Positions 1-10,844 of a DNA stretch of 38,200 bases are shown here, one piece after another. Origin of the DNA: Bacillota bacterium. GTDB lineage: Bacteria; Bacillota; Sulfobacillia; JAJZYS01; JAJYTV01. Under the pieces are notes generated by a model, which worked only from the letters and a program-made list of their open reading frames with translations, did not search any database and was not told the DNA's origin. Position numbers and translations under genes: made by a program. The stretch is taken from the NCBI GenBank assembly GCA_021810725.1, contig JAJZIE010000003.1:1-38200 (forward strand), read 5' to 3'. Each line of letters opens with the position of its first letter. Position 1 is the stretch's first letter.

Positions 1-45
1 CGGTATGGAATAAGAGTGATGCCGGCACCACTTGGCGAAGCTGGC

Positions 46-61
46 TGTGATATTAACCACA
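46..61. promoter_or_regulatory. TGTGA-N6-TCACA-type box 1 (Rex- or Crp/Fnr-like) upstream of nuoBCD
   Basis: TGTGA-TATTAA-CCACA followed by A. It lies in an AT-rich patch of otherwise GC-rich DNA. Confidence 0.6.
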
Positions 62-68
62 ACATATG

Positions 69-84
69 GGTGATACATATCACA
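69..84. promoter_or_regulatory. TGTGA-N6-TCACA-type box 2 (Rex- or Crp/Fnr-like) upstream of nuoBCD
   Basis: GGTGA-TACATA-TCACA followed by A. It starts 23 bp after box 1. Confidence 0.65.
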
Positions 85-133
85 ATAGAGGACTCCCTAC
101 TCCCGTGGTGAACGCTCCCATGGGGGTGTGTGG

Positions 134-2407
134 ATGTCCGTTGACGCAACACGGCGGGATTTTATCACGACACGCCTCGATGCGCTGGCGCGCTGGGCGG
201 AAAGCGGATCCATGTGGCCGCTGCCCTTCGGTACCGCGTGCTGCGCCATCGAGTTCATGGCGGTCGGCTCCTCCCGGTACGACATCGCGCGCTTCGGTTC
301 CGAAGTGCTGCGTTTCAGCCCCAGGCAGTCCGACCTGCTCCTGGTGATGGGCACGATCACCGACAAGATGGTGCCGATCCTGAAGAACGTGTACGAACAG
401 ATCGCGGACCCCAAGTGGGTCATCGCGATGGGCGCTTGCACGGTCTCGGGCGGCTTTTACCGTTCCTACCACGTGGTCCAGGGCATCGACGAGTTCCTGC
501 CGGTGGACCTCTACATTCCGGGGTGCCCACCGACGCCGGAAGCCGTGCTGCACGCCATCATGCGGCTGCAGCAGGGGATCAAGGACGGGACCTTCCGCCG
601 CGGCGCGAACCAGCGACCACTGCACGTCCGCACGGACGACGCGTCGGTCACGGAGCTCTCGCCGCCCGCCGCCGCGCTCGTGGCCTACTCGACCTCCTCG
701 TCCGACGTGGACGAGGCCTTGGCCGATCGGCTGCGCGCGGCGTTCGGTCCCGGCGTGCTCGGCACGCGCGCCTTCCGCGGCGACCTCACGGTGCGCCTCG
801 AGCGCACCACCCTGCTAGGCGTCGCGCGGCTCCTGCGCGACGACCCGGAGATGCGCTTCGATATGCTGCTCGACGTCTGCGGTGTCGACTACCTCACCCG
901 CACGCCGCGCTTCGACGCCGTCTACCACCTCTGCTCCACCACCACCGGCCATCGGATCCGCCTTGAGGTGGGGGTGCCCGAGGACGACCCGACGGTCGCC
1001 AGCGTGACGCCGATCTGGGCGGGGGCGGGCTGGTTCGAGCGCGAGGCCTACGACCTCTACGGCATCCGCTTCCTTGGCCATCCGGACCTGCGGCGCATCC
1101 TGACGCACGACGGCTTCGGCAACATCCACCCGATGCGCCGGGACTACCCGCCCGGCCTCCGCCAGCCCTTCTTCCAGGCGGCGACGTTGCCCCTAGCCGA
1201 GCGCTCGCCCATCGGCGAGGACGGCCAGGAGATCGTGCAGCACCCGACGATTCTCAATATCGGTCCCTCGCATCCCGCGACGCACGGCACCTTCCGCATC
1301 GTCGCGAGGGTCGACGGCGAGAAGGTGCGCGAGGCGGACGTCGAGCTTGGCTACCTGCACCGCAACTTCGAGAAGATGGCCGAGACCCACACCTACCACA
1401 ACATGATCCCGTACTGCGATCGTCTCAACTACTGCTCGAGCTTCATGAACAGCTCCGGCTTCGCCATGGCCGTCGAAAAGCTGATGGGCGTCACCATCCC
1501 CGAGCGCGCGCAGTCCCTGCGCGTCATCCTGAGCGAGTTCAGCCGCATCATGGACCACGCGGTCTGCATCGGCACGAACCTCATGGACATGGGGCTGATC
1601 AGCAGCTTCTTCTACCTCTGGAACCTGCGCGAGGAGATCTACGACCTCCTCGAGGAGTGCTCGGGCGCCCGCATGATGGTGAGCTTCGTGCGCATCGGCG
1701 GGTTCGCGGAAGACGTGCCACAGGACTTCAGAGAGCGCGTCGAGGCGATCCTCGAGCACGTGCCACCGGTCCTGCGCGACACCGACCGCATGATCACCCG
1801 CAACGCCCTCGCCCGTGACCGCATGCGCGGCGTCGGGGCCATCTCGAAGGAGGACGCCATCGCCTACGGCTTCACGGGGCCGTGCCTGCGGGCCGCCGGC
1901 GAGCCCTACGACGTTCGCCGGGCCTATCCCTACTACCACTACGACGAGTTCGAGTTCGACATCCCGGTGGGCGCCCAGGGCGACGTCTACGACCGCTACC
2001 TCGTGCGGCTCGAGGAGATGCGCCAGAGCCTGCGCATCGTGCGCCAGGCGCTCGACAACCTCCCGGATGGCCCCGTGGTCGTCGATGACGGACGCGTCGC
2101 CCTGCCGCCGAAGCACGGCGTCTACACCAACATCGAGGACATGATGGACCACTTCAAGCTGATCATGGACGGGCATGGCATCCGCCCGCCGGTCGGGGAA
2201 GTGTACGGCTACAGCGAAGCGGCGAACGGCGAGCTCGGCTTCTACATCGTGAGCGACGGCGGCCAGCGACCCTATCGGGTCAAGGTGCGCCCGCCCTCCT
2301 TTGCCATCTACCAGGCCTTCCCCCAGATGATCCGCGGCATGAACCCCGCGGACGTCGTGGCCACCCTCGGCAGCCTCAACATCATCGCAGGAGAAAGCGA
2401 GCGATAG
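134..2407 (+). CDS. nuoBCD: NADH-quinone oxidoreductase subunit B/C/D triple fusion
   Basis: One ORF carries NuoB motifs ([21 protein letters not shown]), NuoC motifs ([24 protein letters not shown]) and NuoD motifs ([37 protein letters not shown]). ATG 134 follows GGGGG; GTG 128 is an alternative start. Confidence 0.95.
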   Translation: MSVDATRRDFITTRLDALARWAESGSMWPLPFGTACCAIEFMAVGSSRYDIARFGSEVLRFSPRQSDLLLVMGTITDKMVPILKNVYEQIADPKWVIAMGACTVSGGFYRSYHVVQGIDEFLPVDLYIPGCPPTPEAVLHAIMRLQQGIKDGTFRRGANQRPLHVRTDDASVTELSPPAAALVAYSTSSSDVDEALADRLRAAFGPGVLGTRAFRGDLTVRLERTTLLGVARLLRDDPEMRFDMLLDVCGVDYLTRTPRFDAVYHLCSTTTGHRIRLEVGVPEDDPTVASVTPIWAGAGWFEREAYDLYGIRFLGHPDLRRILTHDGFGNIHPMRRDYPPGLRQPFFQAATLPLAERSPIGEDGQEIVQHPTILNIGPSHPATHGTFRIVARVDGEKVREADVELGYLHRNFEKMAETHTYHNMIPYCDRLNYCSSFMNSSGFAMAVEKLMGVTIPERAQSLRVILSEFSRIMDHAVCIGTNLMDMGLISSFFYLWNLREEIYDLLEECSGARMMVSFVRIGGFAEDVPQDFRERVEAILEHVPPVLRDTDRMITRNALARDRMRGVGAISKEDAIAYGFTGPCLRAAGEPYDVRRAYPYYHYDEFEFDIPVGAQGDVYDRYLVRLEEMRQSLRIVRQALDNLPDGPVVVDDGRVALPPKHGVYTNIEDMMDHFKLIMDGHGIRPPVGEVYGYSEAANGELGFYIVSDGGQRPYRVKVRPPSFAIYQAFPQMIRGMNPADVVATLGSLNIIAGESER

Positions 2408-2409
2408 CC

Positions 2410-2868
2410 ATGCTGTCCAAGGATGCGCTCCGGGAGATCGAAGCCGCCAGGGCGGAGGAGGATTCCCCCCGCCATGCGCTCCTCACGGCCCTGCGGGTCA
2501 CGCAGGGCGAGCGCCGCCAGGTGGGACCCGAGGAGATCACCTACATCGCGGACCTCCTGGGACTGAGCCCGGCGTTGGTGCAGGGCGTGGCGCGCTTCTA
2601 CGACCAGATCTCCGCTACCCCCACAGGCCAGCACGTCCTGAGCCTCTGCCGCGGCATCTCCTGCTACCTCTGTGGCGCGGACGAGGTGGCGGCGGCGGTG
2701 GGGGAGCTCCTGGGGATTCGGCCGGGCGAGACCACGGCGGACGGTCGCTTCACCCTGCGCCTCGTCGAATGCGTCGGCGACTGCGATCGCGCTCCCGCGG
2801 CCATGGTCGACGACCGCTTCGTCGGGCCCGTGGCGGCCGTCGCCATCGACAACCTGACCAAGATGTAA
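2410..2868 (+). CDS. nuoE: NADH-quinone oxidoreductase subunit E (2Fe-2S)
   Basis: CRGISC...ECVGDCDRAP 2Fe-2S ligands, VARFY motif and operon position. Confidence 0.93.
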   Translation: MLSKDALREIEAARAEEDSPRHALLTALRVTQGERRQVGPEEITYIADLLGLSPALVQGVARFYDQISATPTGQHVLSLCRGISCYLCGADEVAAAVGELLGIRPGETTADGRFTLRLVECVGDCDRAPAAMVDDRFVGPVAAVAIDNLTKM

Positions 2869-2879
2869 GGAGGTACGGC

Positions 2880-4244
<1,365 letters not shown>

Positions 4245-4253
4245 AAGGGGGCG

Positions 4254-5906
4254 ATGAGCGGTGCCGATCTGACGATCGATGGACGGCAGATCGAGGTGGA
4301 GCAGGGCGTAAGCGTGATCCAGGCCGCCGATCGCCTCGGCGTCGAGATCCCGCGCTTCTGCTACCATCCCGATCTCAGGCCCGAGGGCAACTGCCGCATG
4401 TGTCTCGTCGAGGTCGACGGCTTTCCGAAGCCCGTCGTGGCCTGCGCGACGCCGGTCGTCGACGGCATGGTGGTGAAGACGCCGCACACGAGCCCTGTGG
4501 CGTCGCGAGCCGCGCGTGGCGTGCTCGAGTTCCTGCTGGTGAACCACCCGCTCGACTGCCCGATCTGCGACCAGGCGGGCGAGTGCTCGCTGCAGGACTT
4601 CTACATGCACCCGGACTACGGCCAGCACAGGAGCCACGTCGACCCCGAGGAGAAGATCCACAAGCGCAAGCGGGTCAACCTCGGCCCGCGCATCGTGCTC
4701 GACGCCGAGCGCTGCGTGATGTGCTCGCGCTGCGTCCGCTTCTCGGAGGAGGTCTCGGGCTACGCGGAACTGCAGTTCGTCCGCCGCGGCAACCACGTCG
4801 AGCTGACGGCGTTCGAGGACCGGGTCCTGGAGGACCCCTACGCCGGCAACCTGGCCGACGTCTGCCCGGTCGGCGCACTGACGTCGCGGGACTTCCGCTT
4901 CAAGCGACGCGTCTGGCATCTGAGTCACACGGACTCCGTCTGCGCCGGCTGCAGCACCGGCTGCAACGTGCGCATCGACCATTTCGACGGCCACATCGAG
5001 CGCGTCGTGCCGCGGCGCAATCCCGAAGTGAACCGGAGCTGGATCTGCGACGAGGGTCGTCTCAGCTATCAGAGCCTCACGTCGATTCCTCGCCTCACGC
5101 ATCCGCGCGAGGGCGACCGGCGACTCCTCTGGGCCGAGGCCATCGCCCTCGCGCACGAGACCCTGCACAGCGCGGGCGCCGTCACGGGGCTGCCGCTCGC
5201 GGCGCTCGCCTCGGCCTCCGCCACCAACGAGAGTCTCTGGCTCTTCCGGCAGTACGTCGAGGTGGCATTCCCCCAGCACCTTCTCGAGTTCCGTCTGGGC
5301 CGCGAGATGGAGACGGTCGCCGAGCGCGAGGACAAGCTCCTGCGCCGTGCCGACAAGCACCCGAACACGATGGGCGCCCTCCATCTCGGCTACGGCCGCG
5401 GTCTCGGGCTTAAGGGCCTCCTGGACTTGGCCGAAAAGGGCGAGCTGTCTCGGCTCCTCATGCTCTACTATCCGCCGCTCGTCGGACAGGAGGCCGAGGA
5501 GACGAAGGAGCGGATCGCGGGCCTGCTCGCACGGGTTCCGGAGAGCGTCGTGCTGACGACGCACGAGCTGCCCTACTTGACTGGGGCGAAGCTTCTCCTG
5601 CCGGTGGCGGCGTGGTCCGAGGAGGAGGGCACCTACACGAACCACCAAGGGGTGACGCAGCACGTCGGCAAGGCGATTTCCTTGCGCGAGGCGGTGCGCC
5701 CCGCGACCGACATCCTGGGCGATCTCTGGCAGGTGGCCACCGCCGCCCGCCGCGAGACAGCCCCGGAGCGCCTCTTCCGCGAGATCGCGATGAGCGTGCC
5801 CGCGTTCCGCGGCCTTAGCTACGCCGGGCTCGAGAGCCGGGCGGCGACGGTCTACCCACCGGAAGGGAGGATGCACTATGGCCAGGAAGGCTTCGCGGGT
5901 CGTTGA
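4254..5906 (+). CDS. nuoG: NADH-quinone oxidoreductase subunit G (short form, 550 aa)
   Basis: IPRFCYHP..GNCRMC, NHPLDCPICDQAGEC, CVMCSRC..DVCPVGAL and CAGCSTGC..WICDEG Fe-S motifs. The C-terminal region is reduced. Confidence 0.92.
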   Translation: MSGADLTIDGRQIEVEQGVSVIQAADRLGVEIPRFCYHPDLRPEGNCRMCLVEVDGFPKPVVACATPVVDGMVVKTPHTSPVASRAARGVLEFLLVNHPLDCPICDQAGECSLQDFYMHPDYGQHRSHVDPEEKIHKRKRVNLGPRIVLDAERCVMCSRCVRFSEEVSGYAELQFVRRGNHVELTAFEDRVLEDPYAGNLADVCPVGALTSRDFRFKRRVWHLSHTDSVCAGCSTGCNVRIDHFDGHIERVVPRRNPEVNRSWICDEGRLSYQSLTSIPRLTHPREGDRRLLWAEAIALAHETLHSAGAVTGLPLAALASASATNESLWLFRQYVEVAFPQHLLEFRLGREMETVAEREDKLLRRADKHPNTMGALHLGYGRGLGLKGLLDLAEKGELSRLLMLYYPPLVGQEAEETKERIAGLLARVPESVVLTTHELPYLTGAKLLLPVAAWSEEEGTYTNHQGVTQHVGKAISLREAVRPATDILGDLWQVATAARRETAPERLFREIAMSVPAFRGLSYAGLESRAATVYPPEGRMHYGQEGFAGR

Positions 5907-6477
5907 CGTGCGGAGGGCCGCCGAGGCCAGGACGGACGTCCTGAGCACGGCGGCCGGAACGCTCGCCGGCATGGAAGTGACCCTGCGCAACATGGTGCGC
6001 GCGACCGTAGGGCGCGAGCACGTCACGATCCAGTACCCCGAGCAGCGCAAGCCGTACTCCAGGCGCTTCCGGGGCGTGCATGTCCTGACGCATCGCGCCG
6101 ACGGCAGCCTCAAGTGCACGGCCTGCTACCTCTGCGAGACGGTCTGCCCCGCCCAGTGCATCACGATCGAGGCCAAGGACGTGGACGACCCGAGGGTGGA
6201 GAAGGCGCCGTCCCGCTACGAGATCGACCTGGCACGCTGCATCTTCTGCGGCTTCTGCGTCGAGGCGTGCCCGGAGGAGGCCCTGATCATGAGCCGCGAG
6301 TATGACCTCACGGCCATCACGCGCGGCCCAGAAACCCTGACCTACGGCATCGACCGGCTGACCGAGCGCCCGGAGATCGCGGCCTATGGCGCGGGCTTTC
6401 GGCCTCACATGCAGTATCCGCTGGTGGAGAGCTACCTGCCCGGCGAAGGACCGGAGAAGGCAGCCGCCGAGGAATAG
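5878..6477 (+). CDS. nuoI: NADH-quinone oxidoreductase subunit I (2x4Fe-4S)
   Basis: TIQYPEQ, RFRG, CTACYLCETVCP, CIFCGFCVEACP. GGGAGG RBS. Confidence 0.95.
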   Translation: MARKASRVVDVRRAAEARTDVLSTAAGTLAGMEVTLRNMVRATVGREHVTIQYPEQRKPYSRRFRGVHVLTHRADGSLKCTACYLCETVCPAQCITIEAKDVDDPRVEKAPSRYEIDLARCIFCGFCVEACPEEALIMSREYDLTAITRGPETLTYGIDRLTERPEIAAYGAGFRPHMQYPLVESYLPGEGPEKAAAEE

Positions 6478-6500
6478 GATCGGGCTCGACAAAGACCGTC

Positions 6501-6531
6501 GCGCCCACGCCGCTCCGTGCGTGGGCGCTTT
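6501..6531 (+). terminator. Probable intrinsic terminator after nuoI
   Basis: Perfect 10-bp stem GCGCCCACGC / GCGTGGGCGC followed by TTT(CGTT). Confidence 0.6.
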
Positions 6532-6628
6532 CGTTAGCAGACGGGCCACGGATCCGCCGAGCCAGCGTGTGCATGCATAACAAGGGCCAATCGGTCCATA
6601 GAACGCGGACCCTTTGCCCCGGTACCAA

Positions 6629-6644
6629 AGTGACCTGGAACACC
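6629..6644. promoter_or_regulatory. Crp/Fnr-like box upstream of hemerythrin-nar operon
   Basis: AGTGA-CCTGGA-ACACC. A weak -10-like AACGCT at 6666-6671 lies at class II activator spacing. Confidence 0.45.
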
Positions 6645-6696
6645 TCCCGCCCATCCGCGAGCGACAACGCTTTAAGGAGCAGTGGGAGGTGCCTTT

Positions 6697-7185
6697 GTGC
6701 CTATGGGACCTTCTTTGGTGGACCCGCACGCGCATCAGGACATCCATGACGCCGCGCGGGCCGAGATGGAATTCGGCACGGAGATCCTGCTGATGTCCTT
6801 GCGCGGCCAGGACGCCGCCACGTCCGTGCGCCTCGCCTCGGAGCTCCTCTGCGCGTGGCGGGAGCGTGTGCTGACGCACGCGGACGCCGAGGAGAAGGAC
6901 GTCTTCCCGCAGGTGCTCGCGGCGTCACCCGAGCTGGCGTCCGAGGTGGCCGCGCTCGTGCGGGACCACGATCTCATGCGGCTCCTCGTCGACGAGACCG
7001 AGCAGGGACTCGCCCGCGAGGGTTCGGTGACGGGGGCCGCGCTTGGGCGCCTGCAGGCACTCCTGCACATCCAGCGTCTGCACGCCCTCTACGAGGAGCA
7101 GACCTTCCTGCCTCAGGTTTCCGACGTGCTGGCTCAGGCGAAGACACCTTCCGAGGGGGCGGCTGAACATTGGCCAAACGCGTGA
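6697..7185 (+). CDS. Hemerythrin (HHE cation-binding) domain protein
   Basis: H..IH, HADAEE, DH and HALYEE di-iron ligand pattern. GGAGG RBS 7 nt before GTG 6697. The ORF overlaps the narG start. Confidence 0.85.
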   Translation: MPMGPSLVDPHAHQDIHDAARAEMEFGTEILLMSLRGQDAATSVRLASELLCAWRERVLTHADAEEKDVFPQVLAASPELASEVAALVRDHDLMRLLVDETEQGLAREGSVTGAALGRLQALLHIQRLHALYEEQTFLPQVSDVLAQAKTPSEGAAEHWPNA

Positions 7186-10100
7186 ACGCACTAGGTAACG
7201 CACTCACCTACCTGCGCCGCGGTCCAGGCCTGAACGGGGGCTGGAGCGAGGAGAGCCCGCGCGGGCGACAGTGGGAGCGGCTCTACCGGGACCGCTGGCA
7301 GCACGACAAGGTGGTGCGCTCGACGCACGGCGTCAACTGCACCGGCTCCTGCAGCTGGAAGATCCACGTCAAGGATGGCGTGATCACCTGGGAGACGCAG
7401 CAGACCGACTACCCGTCGCTCGGTCCCGACACCCCGGAGTACGAACCGCGCGGCTGCCCGCGCGGGGCAAGCTTCTCCTGGTACGAGTACAGCCCCTTGC
7501 GCATCCGCTACCCCTACGTGCGCGGCAGCCTCATCACCGCCTGGCGGGAGGCGATCGCCGAGACCAAGGATCCTGTCGCTGCCTGGCGTCTCCTCACAGC
7601 GAGCCCCGAGCGCCGGGCGGCGTATCGGTCCCAGCGTGGCAAGGGCGGCTTCGTGCGGGCCAGCTGGGAGGAGATCTCCGAGCTGATCGCGGCCGCCACC
7701 CTCGAGACGGTGCGCCACTACGGACCGGACCGCGTCATCGGCTTCACGCCGATCCCGGCGATGTCGATGGTCAGCTACGCCGCCGGCACGCGTTTTCTCT
7801 CGCTGATCGGCGGCACGATCCTCAGCTTCTACGACTGGTACGCGGACCTGCCGATCGCGTCGCCCCAGATCTGGGGCGAGCAGACCGACGTGCCCGAGAG
7901 CGCGGACTGGTTCAACGCGGAGTACATGATCGTCTGGGGCACGAACCTGCCGATGACGCGCACCCCGGATGCCCACTTCATGGTGGAGGCGCGCTACAAG
8001 GGCACGCGCGTCGCCGCCGTCAGCCCGGACTACGCCGAGTACGTCAAGTTCTCGGATCTCTGGCTGCCGGCCAAGGCCGGCACGGACGCGGCCCTCGCCA
8101 TGGCGATGATGCACGTCATCCTGAAGGAGTTCTACGTCGACCGCCAAGTGCCGTACTTCCAGGACTACGCCCGCCGCTTCACAGACCTTCCCTTCCTGGT
8201 GCGGCTCGTCGAGCGGGACGGCAGGCACTACGCGGACCGCTTCCTGCGCCTGTCGGACCTCGGCGAGGGCGGTGACGCGGACGCCTGGAAGACCGTCGTC
8301 TGGGACGAGGCGGAGAACGCGCCCGCCTGCCCGAACGGGAGCCTCGGCTACCGCTGGGACGGGTCGGGGCGCTGGAACCTGAAGCTCGAAGGGGACGGCG
8401 GCGCGCCGATCTCCCCCGCCCTCACGTTCCTCGGCGGCGAGGACCGCACAGTCGAGCTCGACTTCCCCTACTTCGGCGGCGGCAAGGGCGAGACTCTTCG
8501 CCGCCACGTCCCGGTGCGGCGGATCGAGGGCAGCGCGGGACCGCAGATCGTCACGACCGTCTTCGACCTGCTCCTCGCGAGCGCCGGGGTGGGCAGAGGC
8601 CTACCCGGAGACTATCCCCAGGACTACGACGACCCGCGCCCCTACACGCCGGCCTGGCAGGAGGCGATCACGGGCGTTGACCGCAAACTCGCGATCCAGG
8701 TGGCGCGCGAGTTCGCCGAAGTGGCCGAGAAGACCCGCGGCCGCGCCATGATCGCGATGGGCGCCGGCATCAACCACTGGTACCACAGCGACGTGATCTA
8801 CCGCGCCATTGTCGGCCTTGTCCTCTTGACGGGCTGCGAAGGGGTCAACGGCGGCGGCTGGGCGCATTACGTCGGCCAGGAGAAGGTGCGGCCGCTCGAG
8901 GGCTGGGCCACGCTCGCCTTCGCAGGCGACTGGGTGCCCGCCGCGCGGCAGCAGAACGGCACCTCCTTCTTCTACTTCGCCACCGACCAGTTCCGCTACG
9001 AGGACATGGGCACGGACGAGCTCACCTGGCCCGGTGGCGGCACGTTCTCCTCGATGCACCCGGCGGACGTCAACGCGCTCGCGGCTCGGCTCGGTTGGCT
9101 GCCGTCCTATCCGCAGTTCCGCGAGAACTCGCTCGAGACGGCGAGGAAGGCGAGGGCGGATAGCCAGGACGACCTCGGGGCGGTGCGCTCCGTCGCGCGG
9201 CGGCTCCAGGATCGGGACCTCGAGCTGTCGGTCGACGCGCCGGATCTCGAGGAGAACTTCCCGCGCGTCTTCTTCCTCTGGCGGGCGAACCTCCTCACCT
9301 CAAGCGGCAAGGGGCACGAGTACTTCCTCAGGCACCTCCTCGGCGCCGACGGCCACGTGCTCTCCGGCGAGGAGGGCAAGCGCCGTCCGCAGACGGTGGC
9401 CTGCGAGGGCGAGGCACCGCGCGGCAAGCTGGACCTCCTTGTCGACATCGACTTCCGCATGACGGGCAGCGGCCTCTACGCCGATATCGTGCTGCCCGCC
9501 GCCACCTGGTACGAGAAGCACGACATCTCGAGCACCGACATGCATCCCTTCGTCCATCCCTTCAATCCGGCGATCTCGCCTCCCTGGGAGACGAGGAGCG
9601 ACTGGGACACCTTCCGCACGATCGCGCGCAGGTTCTCGGAACTCGCCAGGGACCACCTGCCCGCGCAGGAGGACCTTGTGATGGCGCCTCTCCTGCACGA
9701 CACGCCGCAGGAGACCGCCCAGCCTTTCGGCGAGGTGCGGGACTGGCGCAAGGGCGAGGCGGAGGCGGTGCCGGGGAGGACGATGCCGCGCTTCCTCTTC
9801 GTCCAGCGCGACTACCCGCACGTCTACGAGCAGATGACGACGCTCGGCCCGCGCGCGGAAGGCCAGATCGTGCAGAAGGGCATCACCATCCCGACGCAGC
9901 ACGCCTACGCTGCGCTCCGCCAGGAGCTCGGAGCGAGCCGACGCGAAGGGCCCGGCAAGGGCCGGCCGCGGCTCGAGACGGCCGAGCAGGCCGCGAACGC
10001 GATCCTCAGGCTCTCCGGCGCGACGAACGGTCACCAGGCGGTGGCGGCCTGGAAGGCGCTCGAGCCGGCGACGGGCCTGCGGCTCGAGGACGTCGCGAAG

Positions 10101-10844
10101 GGCCGTGAGGAGGACGTCTACACCGTCAAGGACCTGACCGTCCAGCCGCGGCTCGCGATCGCCGCACCGGTCTGGAGCGGGCTCGAGGCCCACGGCCGGC
10201 GCTACGCGCCCTTCACGGCCAACGTCGAGCTCGAGATCCCGTGGCGCACGCTCACTGGGCGCCAGCACTTCTATGTCGACCACGCGATGATGCTCGACTT
10301 CGGCGAGGGGCTGCCCCTTTATAGGCCGCCGCTCACCGCGCACCCGTTCCCGGCTGGCCAGGCGCCCCCCGGGGAGGGCAGGCAGCTCACGCTGCGCTAC
10401 CTGACGCCGCACGGCAAGTGGGGCATCCACTCCACCTACACCGACACCCTGACGATGCTCACCCTGTTCCGCGGCGGCCCGACGATCTGGCTGAGCCCGC
10501 AGGACGCCGAGGCGCTCGCGGTCAAGGACAACGACTGGCTCGAGGCCCTGAACCGCAACGGCGCCGTCGCGGCCCGGGCGGTGGTGAGCCACCGCATCCC
10601 CGAGGGCGTCGCCATCATGTACCACGCCCAGGACCGCACGATCGCCGTGCCCGGCACGAAGGCGACCCAGGACCGCGGCGGCGCGCACAACAGCCTGACG
10701 CGCGTTCTCCCGAAGCCGACCCACATGATCGGCGGCTACGCGCAACTCAGCTACGGCTTCAACTACTACGGCCCGACAGGACACCAGCGGGACGAGATGA
10801 CCGTGGTGCGACGCCTTGGGGAGGTGGACTGGCTTGCGGATTAA
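7170..10844 (+). CDS. narG: Respiratory nitrate reductase alpha subunit
   Basis: RSTHGVNCTGSCSWK, EPRGCPRGASFSWY, FYDWYADLP, GGGWAHYVGQEK, GGYAQLSYGFNYYGPTG; 1224 aa. Confidence 0.98.
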   Translation: MAKRVNALGNALTYLRRGPGLNGGWSEESPRGRQWERLYRDRWQHDKVVRSTHGVNCTGSCSWKIHVKDGVITWETQQTDYPSLGPDTPEYEPRGCPRGASFSWYEYSPLRIRYPYVRGSLITAWREAIAETKDPVAAWRLLTASPERRAAYRSQRGKGGFVRASWEEISELIAAATLETVRHYGPDRVIGFTPIPAMSMVSYAAGTRFLSLIGGTILSFYDWYADLPIASPQIWGEQTDVPESADWFNAEYMIVWGTNLPMTRTPDAHFMVEARYKGTRVAAVSPDYAEYVKFSDLWLPAKAGTDAALAMAMMHVILKEFYVDRQVPYFQDYARRFTDLPFLVRLVERDGRHYADRFLRLSDLGEGGDADAWKTVVWDEAENAPACPNGSLGYRWDGSGRWNLKLEGDGGAPISPALTFLGGEDRTVELDFPYFGGGKGETLRRHVPVRRIEGSAGPQIVTTVFDLLLASAGVGRGLPGDYPQDYDDPRPYTPAWQEAITGVDRKLAIQVAREFAEVAEKTRGRAMIAMGAGINHWYHSDVIYRAIVGLVLLTGCEGVNGGGWAHYVGQEKVRPLEGWATLAFAGDWVPAARQQNGTSFFYFATDQFRYEDMGTDELTWPGGGTFSSMHPADVNALAARLGWLPSYPQFRENSLETARKARADSQDDLGAVRSVARRLQDRDLELSVDAPDLEENFPRVFFLWRANLLTSSGKGHEYFLRHLLGADGHVLSGEEGKRRPQTVACEGEAPRGKLDLLVDIDFRMTGSGLYADIVLPAATWYEKHDISSTDMHPFVHPFNPAISPPWETRSDWDTFRTIARRFSELARDHLPAQEDLVMAPLLHDTPQETAQPFGEVRDWRKGEAEAVPGRTMPRFLFVQRDYPHVYEQMTTLGPRAEGQIVQKGITIPTQHAYAALRQELGASRREGPGKGRPRLETAEQAANAILRLSGATNGHQAVAAWKALEPATGLRLEDVAKGREEDVYTVKDLTVQPRLAIAAPVWSGLEAHGRRYAPFTANVELEIPWRTLTGRQHFYVDHAMMLDFGEGLPLYRPPLTAHPFPAGQAPPGEGRQLTLRYLTPHGKWGIHSTYTDTLTMLTLFRGGPTIWLSPQDAEALAVKDNDWLEALNRNGAVAARAVVSHRIPEGVAIMYHAQDRTIAVPGTKATQDRGGAHNSLTRVLPKPTHMIGGYAQLSYGFNYYGPTGHQRDEMTVVRRLGEVDWLAD

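Noticed and set aside
128-2407. Group 4 [NiFe]-hydrogenase interpretation of the BCD protein
   Set aside because: The D part lacks the two Ni-binding CxxC motifs and has the NuoD quinone-site residues (HGT, RLNY).
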